A program made the position numbers and the translations under genes. From Candidatus Lindowbacteria bacterium RIFCSPLOWO2_12_FULL_62_27 (lineage in GTDB: Bacteria > Lindowbacteria > 2-12-FULL-62-27), in assembly GCA_001784175.1 (NCBI GenBank), contig MFPR01000001.1, forward strand, positions 1 through 64,000: a stretch of DNA of 64,000 nucleotides, read 5' to 3'. The notes under the pieces are model-generated. The model was not told where the DNA came from. It searched no databases and was given only the letters and a program-made list of their open reading frames with translations. Each line of letters starts with the position of its first letter. Positions within the stretch are counted from its first letter, which is position 1. Below, piece after piece: positions 17,623 to 26,866 of the stretch.

Positions 17623-18800
17623 GGAACCATCCACCGGCAAACCGCCGCGCCGGCCAGGCCGACGTACGTGCCGATTGCGCCTCCCAGGAGCGCCAGAATC
17701 ACGCCGACGTGCGTGAGCGACGGCTGATAAACGCCGGCCACGATCGGCGTCGACACCGGCCCGCCGATGCACGCCTGGCTGGCGGTCGCCAGATAAAACA
17801 TCGGCAGGCGCCACAGCCGGCCCAGCAAATACAGGATCGTGCCGTGCGTGAGAACCATGATCACTCCAAACGCCATGAACGCGGGAGATTGAAGGATCGC
17901 CCGAAGATTGGTCTGCGCGCCGTAGGACGTGAGGAGGAGCAGCAGGATGGTTGTGCCAAGCCCGGATGCGCCGGCCGATTCCCAGCGTCGGACCGGCGTC
18001 ACGGAAAAGATCAAGCCGGCGGTGGTCGCGAGAATGACCGTCCACGCCATCGCGCTCAGATTCAATCCCGGCGCGGCCTTCGCCAGAATTCGCCCCAGCC
18101 ACAGCGTCAGTTCTCCGGACACGACAGCCGTGAGGACCATCGCCAGCCGGATTTTCAAGACGGGAGCGGAAGCGTCCGGTCCTGAATGGACGCCGGCGGA
18201 AGAAACGGCTTGATCCAGCGTCCGGCGGTCGGCGCCCGCCGTCCGGTCGATCGCATCTTGATATCCGGCCATCGCGATCAGGATCGCCATCCACCCGTAC
18301 GCGATGACGGTGTCCACAATGATCAGCGGCGCCAGCAGAGACTCGGGCATCGACAGCGCCTCTTTCACCGCCATCATGTTGGCGCTCCCGCCCGTCCAGG
18401 ATCCGAGCAGCGCCCCGGCGGCCATCCACGAATCAGGCGGAAGGCGTGACGAGAGGACAGCGAACCCCGCAACCGCCCCCGCCACCATGCCGATCGTTCC
18501 GGCGCCCATCGCCAAGAGCGCCTGCCGGCCAAGCCGCGCGAGTTCCCCCCAGGGCGACCCGAGGAGGAGCAAGACCAGGCAGGGCGGCAGAATGTGCTGG
18601 GACATCCATTTGTACAGCGTCGAATGCGGCGGCAAAAGCCCCGCGGTCGAAGCGAGGATCGGGAGGAAATAGCAGTAGAACGGCACCGGCAGGAATTTGA
18701 AAAACGCGCGGCCAGCCGAGGTTTTGGAAAATACCGTCAGCAGGGCCACCAACCCCACCAGCGTCGCCCCCAGTACGGCCGGATGCTCCATCATGCGCAT
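17619..18800 (-). CDS. DUF819-family membrane protein
   Basis: Multi-TM; GSWTGGSANM and ASQACIGGPVS motifs. Confidence 0.85.
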   Translation of the reverse strand: MRMMEHPAVLGATLVGLVALLTVFSKTSAGRAFFKFLPVPFYCYFLPILASTAGLLPPHSTLYKWMSQHILPPCLVLLLLGSPWGELARLGRQALLAMGAGTIGMVAGAVAGFAVLSSRLPPDSWMAAGALLGSWTGGSANMMAVKEALSMPESLLAPLIIVDTVIAYGWMAILIAMAGYQDAIDRTAGADRRTLDQAVSSAGVHSGPDASAPVLKIRLAMVLTAVVSGELTLWLGRILAKAAPGLNLSAMAWTVILATTAGLIFSVTPVRRWESAGASGLGTTILLLLLTSYGAQTNLRAILQSPAFMAFGVIMVLTHGTILYLLGRLWRLPMFYLATASQACIGGPVSTPIVAGVYQPSLTHVGVILALLGGAIGTYVGLAGAAVCRWMVP

Positions 18801-18817
18801 GCGCGAGCCCGCACCCT

Positions 18818-18871
18818 CAAAGTGATATCATGATATCATGATAGCTATCATGATATCATGATATCACTTTG
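18818..18871. repeat. Perfect 54-bp palindrome composed of TGATATCA tandem units
   Basis: caaag(TGATATCA)2 TGATAGCTATCA (TGATATCA)2 ctttg reads identically on both strands. Confidence 0.95.
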
Positions 18872-20243
18872 CGTGGGCAGCGGGTTCCCGGGGGTGGTAT
18901 TTTTGCCAGAGGTAGTAGACGGGGATCCCGAGAAGGCACACGAGGAGGCCGACGACGACCTTGTTGGTTTCGAGATCGAGCCCGAACACGTCGATCGCCA
19001 CTTTTTCTCCCCACCTCGTCCGGATCCGGCTGACCAGCATCCAGATCGAGATGAGCACGTAGAGGGCCGGGATCCACGGGTAGCCCCAGCACCGGTAGGG
19101 ACGCGGAAGGTCGGGGTATTTTGCACGCAAGACGAAAATCGACGCGACCGTCAGGCACAGGAAAATGACGAGGGGCACCGACAGGAACGTCAGGATGTCG
19201 TCGAAATTCGCGCCGAAAAACAGGATCAGGCCGCAGGACCAGATCCCCGAAAACACGATGGCCCCCGATGGCGTCTGATACCGCTCGTGGACCTTCACGC
19301 CGAAATCGAAAAACAGGTGGTCCCTCGACATCGCAAAGAGCGTGCGCGGATTCGTGAGGATCGAGGCGCTCAGGCACCCGAGCGCCGAGAACGCCACCAG
19401 GAGGGCGATGAGCCGACCCGCCGTCGGTCCCAGGAGGACCTCCGCCGTCGTCGCCGCGACCGAGGACAGGGCCGGCATGTCGAGCAACGGGATGGCGTAG
19501 AGATAAATGAAATTCATCGCCACGTAAATCACCGACGTCAGAACCGTGCCGATCAGAAGCGACATCGGGATGTTCCGGCTCGGATTTCTCACCTCCTCCG
19601 ACACGAACACCGTCGCGTTCCAGCCCGAGTAGGCGAAGGCCATCGGCACGAGCGCCGCGCCGATGCCCGTCCACACGTCCGCCGTCGGCGCCGTCAGCCC
19701 CCCGGCGAAATGTTCCGGGTGGCCGCTTCCGATCGACGCGCCCAATCCGATCAGCGCCGCCATCGCCACGATTTTCGCCAGGGTAATGGCGTTGGTCACG
19801 CCCGCGCCGAATTTGACGCCGATGTAGTTCAGGTACGAAAGAACGATCACGGACGCGAGCGCAAATATTTCGATCCACCGGCTGTCTTTCGGGAAGCCCA
19901 GTTGTTCCGCAAAGCCGATCGCCAGGAGCGCGACCGTGCCCGTGCTCGTGACCAGCACGAAGGCCCAACCGAACAGGAACGCCACCAGCGGCCCGTAGGC
20001 CACCCTTAAGAAAACGTAGTTTCCGCCCGCGTACGGATAGGCCGCGCCCAGCTCGCCGTACGTGAGCGCCCCCGCCGTCGCGAGAAACCCCCCGATCGCC
20101 CAAGCGACCAGGACCCAGGCGGCGGACGGAAGCTGCGCGGCGATCCCGCCGGGCGTGAGGAAGATTCCGACGCCGATGATGTTTCCCACGACCAGCATGA
20201 TGCAGGTAAAGAGGCCGAGTTCCCGCTTGAGTTCCACCGGCAT
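18864..20243 (-). CDS. APC-family amino acid permease
   Basis: LKRELG...IIGVGIF, YGELGAAYP.AGG.Y, FAYSGW...EEVRNP, RPYRCWGYP. Confidence 0.93.
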   Translation of the reverse strand: MPVELKRELGLFTCIMLVVGNIIGVGIFLTPGGIAAQLPSAAWVLVAWAIGGFLATAGALTYGELGAAYPYAGGNYVFLRVAYGPLVAFLFGWAFVLVTSTGTVALLAIGFAEQLGFPKDSRWIEIFALASVIVLSYLNYIGVKFGAGVTNAITLAKIVAMAALIGLGASIGSGHPEHFAGGLTAPTADVWTGIGAALVPMAFAYSGWNATVFVSEEVRNPSRNIPMSLLIGTVLTSVIYVAMNFIYLYAIPLLDMPALSSVAATTAEVLLGPTAGRLIALLVAFSALGCLSASILTNPRTLFAMSRDHLFFDFGVKVHERYQTPSGAIVFSGIWSCGLILFFGANFDDILTFLSVPLVIFLCLTVASIFVLRAKYPDLPRPYRCWGYPWIPALYVLISIWMLVSRIRTRWGEKVAIDVFGLDLETNKVVVGLLVCLLGIPVYYLWQKYHPREPAAHAK

Positions 20244-20301
20244 ACTCAACTTATCGGCAAATGACGTTGCGTAAAATACTTTCCCGCGCTATATTTCATG
20301 A

Positions 20302-21381
20302 ATGGCCGAGGACGTGCAGGTGGTGCGTGCGCAGCTCATGAAGAAGGAGAAAATGGTCAAGGACATCGCCCGGACCGACGGCCGGCCCTCCTACCAGTTT
20401 CTCAGCACGGTGAAGAAGGAACTCGAGAAGGAAAAAAACGCGATGGCAGCCAAATTCTACCTTCTCTTCAAGATCGCCCAGCCGTTTTCGCCCGGCGGCG
20501 CCGGCGTGCCGACGGAGATCACCAGGACCATGCACCTCCAACTGCAGAAAGTCATCGACGACCAGCTCAAATACGTCAACGGCTGGCTGTCCGTGTCCGA
20601 ACAGAAAGCCCGGTCCCAGGACCGGGGCCTCGCGCCCAACAGTTCCATGATCAAGGACATCATTCAGGAATACATCATCACAAAAGACCTTCTGAAACAG
20701 AAAATTCGCGGCTTTGTCCTGAACCGCCGCGCCGGCGTCATCCAGACCCGGCTGGACGACACGGTGCGCGAGATGAAGGGCAAGGGCGGCGTCGAAGCCT
20801 TCGCGGGACAGACGCCGGTCGAGGAATTCTTAAAAAAGCAGGAGACCGGCATCGTTGTGGAGCTGGTGATGGAGGAGATGGCCGAGCGCACGCGGGAGCT
20901 GGACCGGACCGTGAACCGCATCGTGGAATGGCGGGCCAAGGTGAGCGCCCGGCCGCCCACCCCGGACTCATCCGAGTCGGGACTGGCCGAGCAGGAGTCC
21001 CAAGGACTCGTCCGGACCCTGATCGACGAAATCACGAGACTCCGCGAAAAGGAAAAACTGGTGGGCGGCTCGGAGAGCGGGATCATCAATCTCGCCGAAG
21101 GGCGCGCGGAACTGGCGCGGCTGAAGTCGATCATTCACGAGCAGAACCTGCACGTCGGCGTCCTCGGAAAACTGATCGCATCCGCCATCCCGGTCGAAGG
21201 CAAAGCCCCACGCCAGCCGGAGGAAATTCTTCAGAACAACGAGGCGGTGCTCAACACGACGGACAAGATCGAGACGCTGATCAAAGACGAACGGAACGTC
21301 TACATGAACTTCCGGAAATGGGAGGCGCCCCCCGGCCAGTTCCAGGAGGAAATTTCCCAGGCGATCCAGTTGGTCTCATAG
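20302..21381 (+). CDS. Hypothetical alpha-helical/coiled-coil protein
   Basis: 359-aa ORF with host-like codon usage, fills the gap between the permease and rnr. Confidence 0.75.
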   Translation: MAEDVQVVRAQLMKKEKMVKDIARTDGRPSYQFLSTVKKELEKEKNAMAAKFYLLFKIAQPFSPGGAGVPTEITRTMHLQLQKVIDDQLKYVNGWLSVSEQKARSQDRGLAPNSSMIKDIIQEYIITKDLLKQKIRGFVLNRRAGVIQTRLDDTVREMKGKGGVEAFAGQTPVEEFLKKQETGIVVELVMEEMAERTRELDRTVNRIVEWRAKVSARPPTPDSSESGLAEQESQGLVRTLIDEITRLREKEKLVGGSESGIINLAEGRAELARLKSIIHEQNLHVGVLGKLIASAIPVEGKAPRQPEEILQNNEAVLNTTDKIETLIKDERNVYMNFRKWEAPPGQFQEEISQAIQLVS

Positions 21382-23364
21382 GACCGCCGACAGGTCGAGC
21401 TGCCGGAGCGGCAGGTCGACCTTGTCGACCCGGACGCGTATCTCATCGCCGACCCGGTACCGCTTGCCGGTCCGCCGGCCGACCAGGCTCGCCGAAATCT
21501 CCGACAAAAGATAATGATCGTCCCGTATCGACGACACGTGCAGGAGCCCCTCCGCCGTGTTCGGAAGCTGCACGAACATGCCGAACGACACGACGCCCGA
21601 CACGATGCCGGTGTAGACCTGCCCGATCCGGCTCTGCATGTCCTCCAGGAGTTTGACCTTCACCGACTCCCGCTCCGCCTCCGCCGCCTTGATTTCCTGC
21701 TCGGTGCTGATCTTGGCAGCCTCGGCCAGGCGGGCTTCGAGTTTTTTCAATTCACTCTTCGGAGGGACTTGATTCAGCAGGACCGCCGTGAGCATCCGGT
21801 GGACCGTGAGGTCGGGATAACGCCGTATGGGCGAGGTGAAGTGGCAGTAGCAGGGCGATCCCAGACCGAAATGCCCGATGTTCTTGGTGGAATAAATCGC
21901 CTTGGGCATCGACCGCAGGAGCTGATAATTCACGACTTTCTCCCATGGCCCGCCCTTGACCGACGCCAGGAGTTCCTGCAGCCGCCGGGAGATTTCCCTG
22001 GATATCTCCGCCTCCGATCCATGGACCTTCATCCGCAGCTTCATCTTGATGCCGAGGTTGTGAAGAAACTGCTCCAGCGCAAGGAGCTTCTCCGGCGCCG
22101 GCCGGTCGTGGACACGATATATCGCCGGCAACCGCTTGGCCGTGAGATATTCGGCCACGGCCACGTTCGCGCCGATCATGAACTCTTCGATAAGCTGGTG
22201 CGAGATCGTGTGGGTCAGCACGCGGACGTCCTTGACTTTCCCCGCGTCGTCCAGGATCAGCTTGACCTCGGGGAGATCGAAGTCGATGCTTCCGGCCTTC
22301 GAGCGCTTCTCGCGTATCCCGCGCGACAGCGCGGCCAGGTCCGGCAGAAACTCGAAGCCGGCCGGATAGCGCCCGTGCCCCAGAATGTCGTCCACCTCGT
22401 CGTAGTGGAACCGCCGGCCCACGCGGATCACGCTGCGCGCAAAATCGGCCCCGCGCAATGAGCCGTCCGGGGCGTAGTTCAGAAAAACCGAAAGCGTCAG
22501 CCTGTCCTCGCCGGCGTTCAGGCTGCAGATCCCGTTCGAGAGTTTGGGCGGCAGCATCGGAATGACGCCGTCGACGAGATAGATGGAGGTCGCCCGTTTC
22601 GACGCCTCGTCGTCGAGCGCCGATCCGGGGGTGACGTAGCGAGACACATCGGCGATATGGACGCCCACCCGAAGCGTCTGGGGATCCGGCCGCTCAAAAG
22701 AAATGGCGTCGTCCAGGTCCCGCGCGTCGATCGGATCGATGGTGAGCACCGAAAGACGACGCAGGTCCGTCCGGCCCCGCGCCGCGTGCGCGTCGACATG
22801 GTCCGGCAGGCCTTCGGCCGACCGCATCACCGGCATGGGAAATTCCCGGGGCACATCGTATTTCACCGAAACCGTTTTCAACTCCACTTCGGGCGACCCC
22901 CCCGGCCCGATGACTTCGACCACGGTCGCCCGCAGGGGCCGGTAGTCGACCATTTCGGCGTGTACCCGGTCGCCTTCCTGCCCGCCATGAATGTCGGCCG
23001 GATCGATCGTGATCGGTTCATACACCCGGTAGGCGAGCGGCAGAAGATAATAAAACACGCCGTGCCGCCGCAGTTCCCCGATCAGCCGCCTGATTCCCCG
23101 CTCCAGAATTTCCACCACGCGGCCTTCCGGCCGGCGCCCCGGCCGCACGTGCCCGCCGACCCGGACGGCCCGCACGCGGTCCCGATCCTGCGCGCCGCCG
23201 AGAGCCGCGCCTCTCAAATACAGATCCTCCTGCCCGGGATCGTCCGCGATGAAAAATCCCGACCCCGCATCCACGCGGCGGACCATGCCGAGAAGTTCTG
23301 CCTTTTTCGATTCATGCCGGCGGTCCGGCCGGGGACCCTGACGCTGCCGATATCGTTTCGCCAT
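21376..23364 (-). CDS. rnr: Ribonuclease R
   Basis: TIDPIDARDLDDA, HFGL...YCHFTSPIRRYPDL, C-terminal S1 domain. Confidence 0.93.
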   Translation of the reverse strand: MAKRYRQRQGPRPDRRHESKKAELLGMVRRVDAGSGFFIADDPGQEDLYLRGAALGGAQDRDRVRAVRVGGHVRPGRRPEGRVVEILERGIRRLIGELRRHGVFYYLLPLAYRVYEPITIDPADIHGGQEGDRVHAEMVDYRPLRATVVEVIGPGGSPEVELKTVSVKYDVPREFPMPVMRSAEGLPDHVDAHAARGRTDLRRLSVLTIDPIDARDLDDAISFERPDPQTLRVGVHIADVSRYVTPGSALDDEASKRATSIYLVDGVIPMLPPKLSNGICSLNAGEDRLTLSVFLNYAPDGSLRGADFARSVIRVGRRFHYDEVDDILGHGRYPAGFEFLPDLAALSRGIREKRSKAGSIDFDLPEVKLILDDAGKVKDVRVLTHTISHQLIEEFMIGANVAVAEYLTAKRLPAIYRVHDRPAPEKLLALEQFLHNLGIKMKLRMKVHGSEAEISREISRRLQELLASVKGGPWEKVVNYQLLRSMPKAIYSTKNIGHFGLGSPCYCHFTSPIRRYPDLTVHRMLTAVLLNQVPPKSELKKLEARLAEAAKISTEQEIKAAEAERESVKVKLLEDMQSRIGQVYTGIVSGVVSFGMFVQLPNTAEGLLHVSSIRDDHYLLSEISASLVGRRTGKRYRVGDEIRVRVDKVDLPLRQLDLSAVL

Positions 23365-23464
23365 GCGCGTGATCGTATATTGCGCGCCTCTCGAAATCAA
23401 ACCACGCCCGACCCCGACGCCTTGACGCCGTCCCGCACGCAAGCCACGATGCCGCGCATTGGGC

Positions 23465-24193
23465 ATGCTCAACAAAATCATCGATCGGCTGAAATACGAA
23501 ATCAAAACCGTCCGGCGCCTTCTCTATCATCGCCTGTACGTGTCGCCGAAATCCGAGAAAGAGGTCGTCGAGCGGTTCCATCAGTTGTTTTACAACGCGC
23601 ACCTCTTCGGTGAAACCTGGGGCAAAACCCGCTGGCTGGGCGTGCCGACCCTGAAGTGCCCGCTGGACATGTGGGTCTACCAGGAAATCCTTTTCGAGGA
23701 GCGCCCGGACCTGATCGTGGAGTGCGGCACGGCGAGCGGCGGCAGCGCGCTGTACCTGGCGTCGGTTTGCGACCTCATCGGCCACGGCAAAATCCTGACG
23801 GTCGACCTCGACGAACAACCGGACCGCCCGGGCCACCCGCGCATCACGTATCTGCGCGGTTCGTCGACCTCCGGCGACATTCTCGACCAAGTCCGCGCCG
23901 CAATCCGGCCCGCCGACCGGGTGCTGGTCATTCTGGACTCGGACCACCACCAATCGCATGTGCTGGAGGAGCTGCGGCTCTACGGTCCCCTCGTTTCCCC
24001 GGGCAGCCGGCTCATCGTGGAGGACACGAACCTGAACGGCCACCCGATCGACCCGGAGTTCGGCCCGGGGCCGATGGAGGCCGTGGAGGAATTTCTCAAG
24101 ACGCATCCGGAGTTTGAGGTCGATTCCTCGAAGGAAAAGTTCCTGATGACGTTCAATCCCCGCGGCTATTTGAAAAAAATCGGCCCGGCCTGA
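23465..24193 (+). CDS. CmcI/cephalosporin hydroxylase-family methyltransferase
   Basis: WLGVPTLKCPLDMWVYQEI, IVECGTASGGS, LDSDH, NPRGYL. Confidence 0.9.
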   Translation: MLNKIIDRLKYEIKTVRRLLYHRLYVSPKSEKEVVERFHQLFYNAHLFGETWGKTRWLGVPTLKCPLDMWVYQEILFEERPDLIVECGTASGGSALYLASVCDLIGHGKILTVDLDEQPDRPGHPRITYLRGSSTSGDILDQVRAAIRPADRVLVILDSDHHQSHVLEELRLYGPLVSPGSRLIVEDTNLNGHPIDPEFGPGPMEAVEEFLKTHPEFEVDSSKEKFLMTFNPRGYLKKIGPA

Positions 24194-24252
24194 TACACTC
24201 ACCCTGAAGGAGGCGTCTCATCGAATCGTTTCAAGCAATCCAGTTCGTCACC

Positions 24253-24870
24253 ATGATCTCCATCGTGCTTCTGGCCGTCACGGTCCACGAGGCGTGCCAT
24301 GGCCTCGCGGCCTTCCGGCTCGGCGACGACACCGCGTATCTCTCCGGACGACTGACCCTCAATCCGGTGGCGCACATCGACCTGTTCGGGAGCCTGGTCC
24401 TGCCCCTGGCCTTGTATTTTCTGAGCAACGGCGCCTTCACCTTCGCCTGGGCGAAGCCGGTGCCGGTCAACCCTCTGCGGTTCCGCCGCGACATCAGCAT
24501 GCGGACCGGCATGGCGGCCGTGGCCGCCGCAGGGCCGCTGTCGAATATACTCCTGGCCGTTCTCTTCGCCGTCCTGTACCGCGTCGGCAGCGTGGCCGAC
24601 AACCCCTACAGCCAGACCCTGGCCTACCTGGCGATCCTGGCGGTCAGCATCAACCTCTATCTCGCCTTTTTCAATTTCATTCCCATCCCTCCGCTCGACG
24701 GCTCCAAGGTGATGCTGCATTTTCTTTCGCCCAACGCCGCGCACATGATGCTGAGACTCGAACCCTACGGATTTTTCATCGTCCTTTTGCTTTTTTACGC
24801 CACCCCGCTCGGCAAGCTGGTGGCGCTCCTGACCGCCGGCGCGGTCGCGCTCCTGCTCGGGATCGGATGA
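24253..24870 (+). CDS. Site-2 protease (M50) family protein
   Basis: HEACH, GRLTLNP..HID, AGPLSN, FNFIPIPPLDG; true start may lie at 24220 (see findings). Confidence 0.92.
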   Translation: MISIVLLAVTVHEACHGLAAFRLGDDTAYLSGRLTLNPVAHIDLFGSLVLPLALYFLSNGAFTFAWAKPVPVNPLRFRRDISMRTGMAAVAAAGPLSNILLAVLFAVLYRVGSVADNPYSQTLAYLAILAVSINLYLAFFNFIPIPPLDGSKVMLHFLSPNAAHMMLRLEPYGFFIVLLLFYATPLGKLVALLTAGAVALLLGIG

Positions 24871-24882
24871 GGCCGTGACGCC

Positions 24883-25896
24883 ATGAAAGACCGCGTGTTG
24901 TCCGGCATGCGACCCACGGGGCGGCTGCATCTCGGCAACTATTTCGGCGCCCTGAAAAACTGGGTGGAGCTTCAGGACCGCTACGACTGTTTTTTCTTTG
25001 TGGCCGACTACCACGCGCTGACCACGGCCTACGAATCGCCGGGGGACATTCATGCGAACGTCGAGGAAATGGTGCTCGATTTCCTGGCGGCCGGCCTCGA
25101 TCCCGACCGCTGCACCCTCTTTGTCCAGTCGATGGTCCCGACCCACGCCGAGGCGCACCTTTTGTTTTCCATGATCTCTCCCCTCGCCTGGCTTGAGCGC
25201 ACGCCCAGCTACAAGGAGATGATCGAGGCCCTGAAGGACCGCGACCTCAGGACCTACGGATTTCTCGGCTATCCGGTCCTTCAATGCGTCGACATTCTCT
25301 TGTATTATCCCAAGTACGTGCCGGTCGGCGTCGATCAGGTGGCGCACATTGAGCTGACGCGCGAGCTGGTCCGGCGGTTCAATTTCCTTTACAAGACGAA
25401 CCTTCCGGAACCCCAGCCGCTCCTCACCGCGTCGCCCAAGGTTCCCGGCGTGGACGGTCGGAAGATGAGCAAATCCTACGGCAACACCATCGAGCTGTTC
25501 GGCGGCGCGGCGGAAACGCGGAAGCGGATCATGTCGATCAAGACTGATTCGACGCCGGTGGACGCGCCGAAGGACCCCGCGACCTGCAACGTCTTCGCGC
25601 TCCTTTCGCTGTTCTGCGACGACGCCGAACGGGCCGACTGGGAACGCCGCTATCGCGCGGGCGGCCTGAGTTACGCGGAGGCGAAACGGGCCCTCGCCGA
25701 AAAATATGAGTCCCGCATGGGGACCATGCGGGCCCGCCGGGAGGAGCTGGCGAAAGACCGGCGGGCGGTTTGGGACGTGTTGCGGAAGGGCTCGGAGAAG
25801 GCGCTCGAAATTTCCGGCCGGGTGTTGCGAGACATGCGCTCGGGCATCGGACTGAATTACGACAAAGGAGGTATCCATGGCAGATCTGGGTCGTGA
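24883..25896 (+). CDS. trpS: Tryptophan--tRNA ligase
   Basis: SGMRPTGRLHLGNY, VPVGVDQ, KMSKS. Confidence 0.96.
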   Translation: MKDRVLSGMRPTGRLHLGNYFGALKNWVELQDRYDCFFFVADYHALTTAYESPGDIHANVEEMVLDFLAAGLDPDRCTLFVQSMVPTHAEAHLLFSMISPLAWLERTPSYKEMIEALKDRDLRTYGFLGYPVLQCVDILLYYPKYVPVGVDQVAHIELTRELVRRFNFLYKTNLPEPQPLLTASPKVPGVDGRKMSKSYGNTIELFGGAAETRKRIMSIKTDSTPVDAPKDPATCNVFALLSLFCDDAERADWERRYRAGGLSYAEAKRALAEKYESRMGTMRARREELAKDRRAVWDVLRKGSEKALEISGRVLRDMRSGIGLNYDKGGIHGRSGS

Positions 25897-26866
25897 ACTG
25901 ACGCTGGAGGCCGTGCGGATCACGGAACCGGCGGCGATCGCCGCCGCCGAAAAAGTGGGCGCCGGCGATTCCGACGGCGCCGACCAGGCCGCCGTCGATG
26001 CGATGCGGCGTGTGCTGAACCAGGTGCAGATCGTCGGCACCGTCGTGATCGGCGAGGGCGAAAAGGACGAAGCGCCGATGCTCTACATCGGCGAGCAGGT
26101 CGGAACCGGTTGCGGCCCGGCCGTCGACATCGCCGTCGACCCGCTGGAGGGCACGACGATCGTGGCGGAGGGCCGGCAAAACGCGCTCTGCGTGCTGGCG
26201 ATCGGCGAGCGCGGCGGATTTTTGAACGCGCCGGACGTGTACATGATGAAAATGGCCGTGGGCCCGCGGGCTGCGGGTGCGATTGACCTGCGCAAGAGCG
26301 TGTCGGCAAACTGCAAGGCGGTGGCGAAGGCGCTCGGCAAGCCCATGCAGTATCTGACCGTCGTGGTCCTGGACCGGCCAAGACACCAAAAAATCATTGC
26401 CGAGCTGCGGTCGCTGGCCGTGCGCATCAAGCTCATCAGCGACGGCGACGTTTCCGCGGCGCTGTCGACCGCCGTTCCCGACACCGGCGTTGACATGCTC
26501 ATCGGCATCGGCGGCTCGACGGAGGGCGTGCTGGCCGCGGCCGCCATGCGATGCCTGGGCGGCCAGATCCAGGGCCGGCTCCAACCGATCGGCGCCGACC
26601 AGGTGAAGCGGATCAAGGCGATGAAGATCGCGGATCCGGACCGCATCTACAACACGGCCGATTTGGCCGCCGGCGACGACGTCATCTTCTCCGCCACCGG
26701 CGTCACCGACGGCGATTTTCTCAAGGGCGTACGATACGGCGAGCACTGGATCTACACGCACTCGATGGTGCTCCGCGCCAAGACCGGCACCGTCCGGTTC
26801 GTCCAGGCGCAGCACCGATACGAAAAGGCGAGGGTAAATGACCGCGATGCCGGACGAACTGCCTGA
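25877..26866 (+). CDS. glpX: Class II fructose-1,6-bisphosphatase
   Basis: VVIGEGEKDEAPMLYIGE, DIAVDPLEGT, DRPRH, DGDV, ATGVTDG. Confidence 0.96.
   Translation: MADLGRELTLEAVRITEPAAIAAAEKVGAGDSDGADQAAVDAMRRVLNQVQIVGTVVIGEGEKDEAPMLYIGEQVGTGCGPAVDIAVDPLEGTTIVAEGRQNALCVLAIGERGGFLNAPDVYMMKMAVGPRAAGAIDLRKSVSANCKAVAKALGKPMQYLTVVVLDRPRHQKIIAELRSLAVRIKLISDGDVSAALSTAVPDTGVDMLIGIGGSTEGVLAAAAMRCLGGQIQGRLQPIGADQVKRIKAMKIADPDRIYNTADLAAGDDVIFSATGVTDGDFLKGVRYGEHWIYTHSMVLRAKTGTVRFVQAQHRYEKARVNDRDAGRTA

Noticed and set aside
18818-18871. Palindrome as a simple rho-independent terminator
   Set aside because: AT-rich stem, no loop and no U-tract; atypical of intrinsic terminators.
20251-20258. GCCGATAA (sigma-28 -10) on the minus strand before the permease
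   Set aside because: No TAAA -35 at the proper spacing and very close to the start codon.
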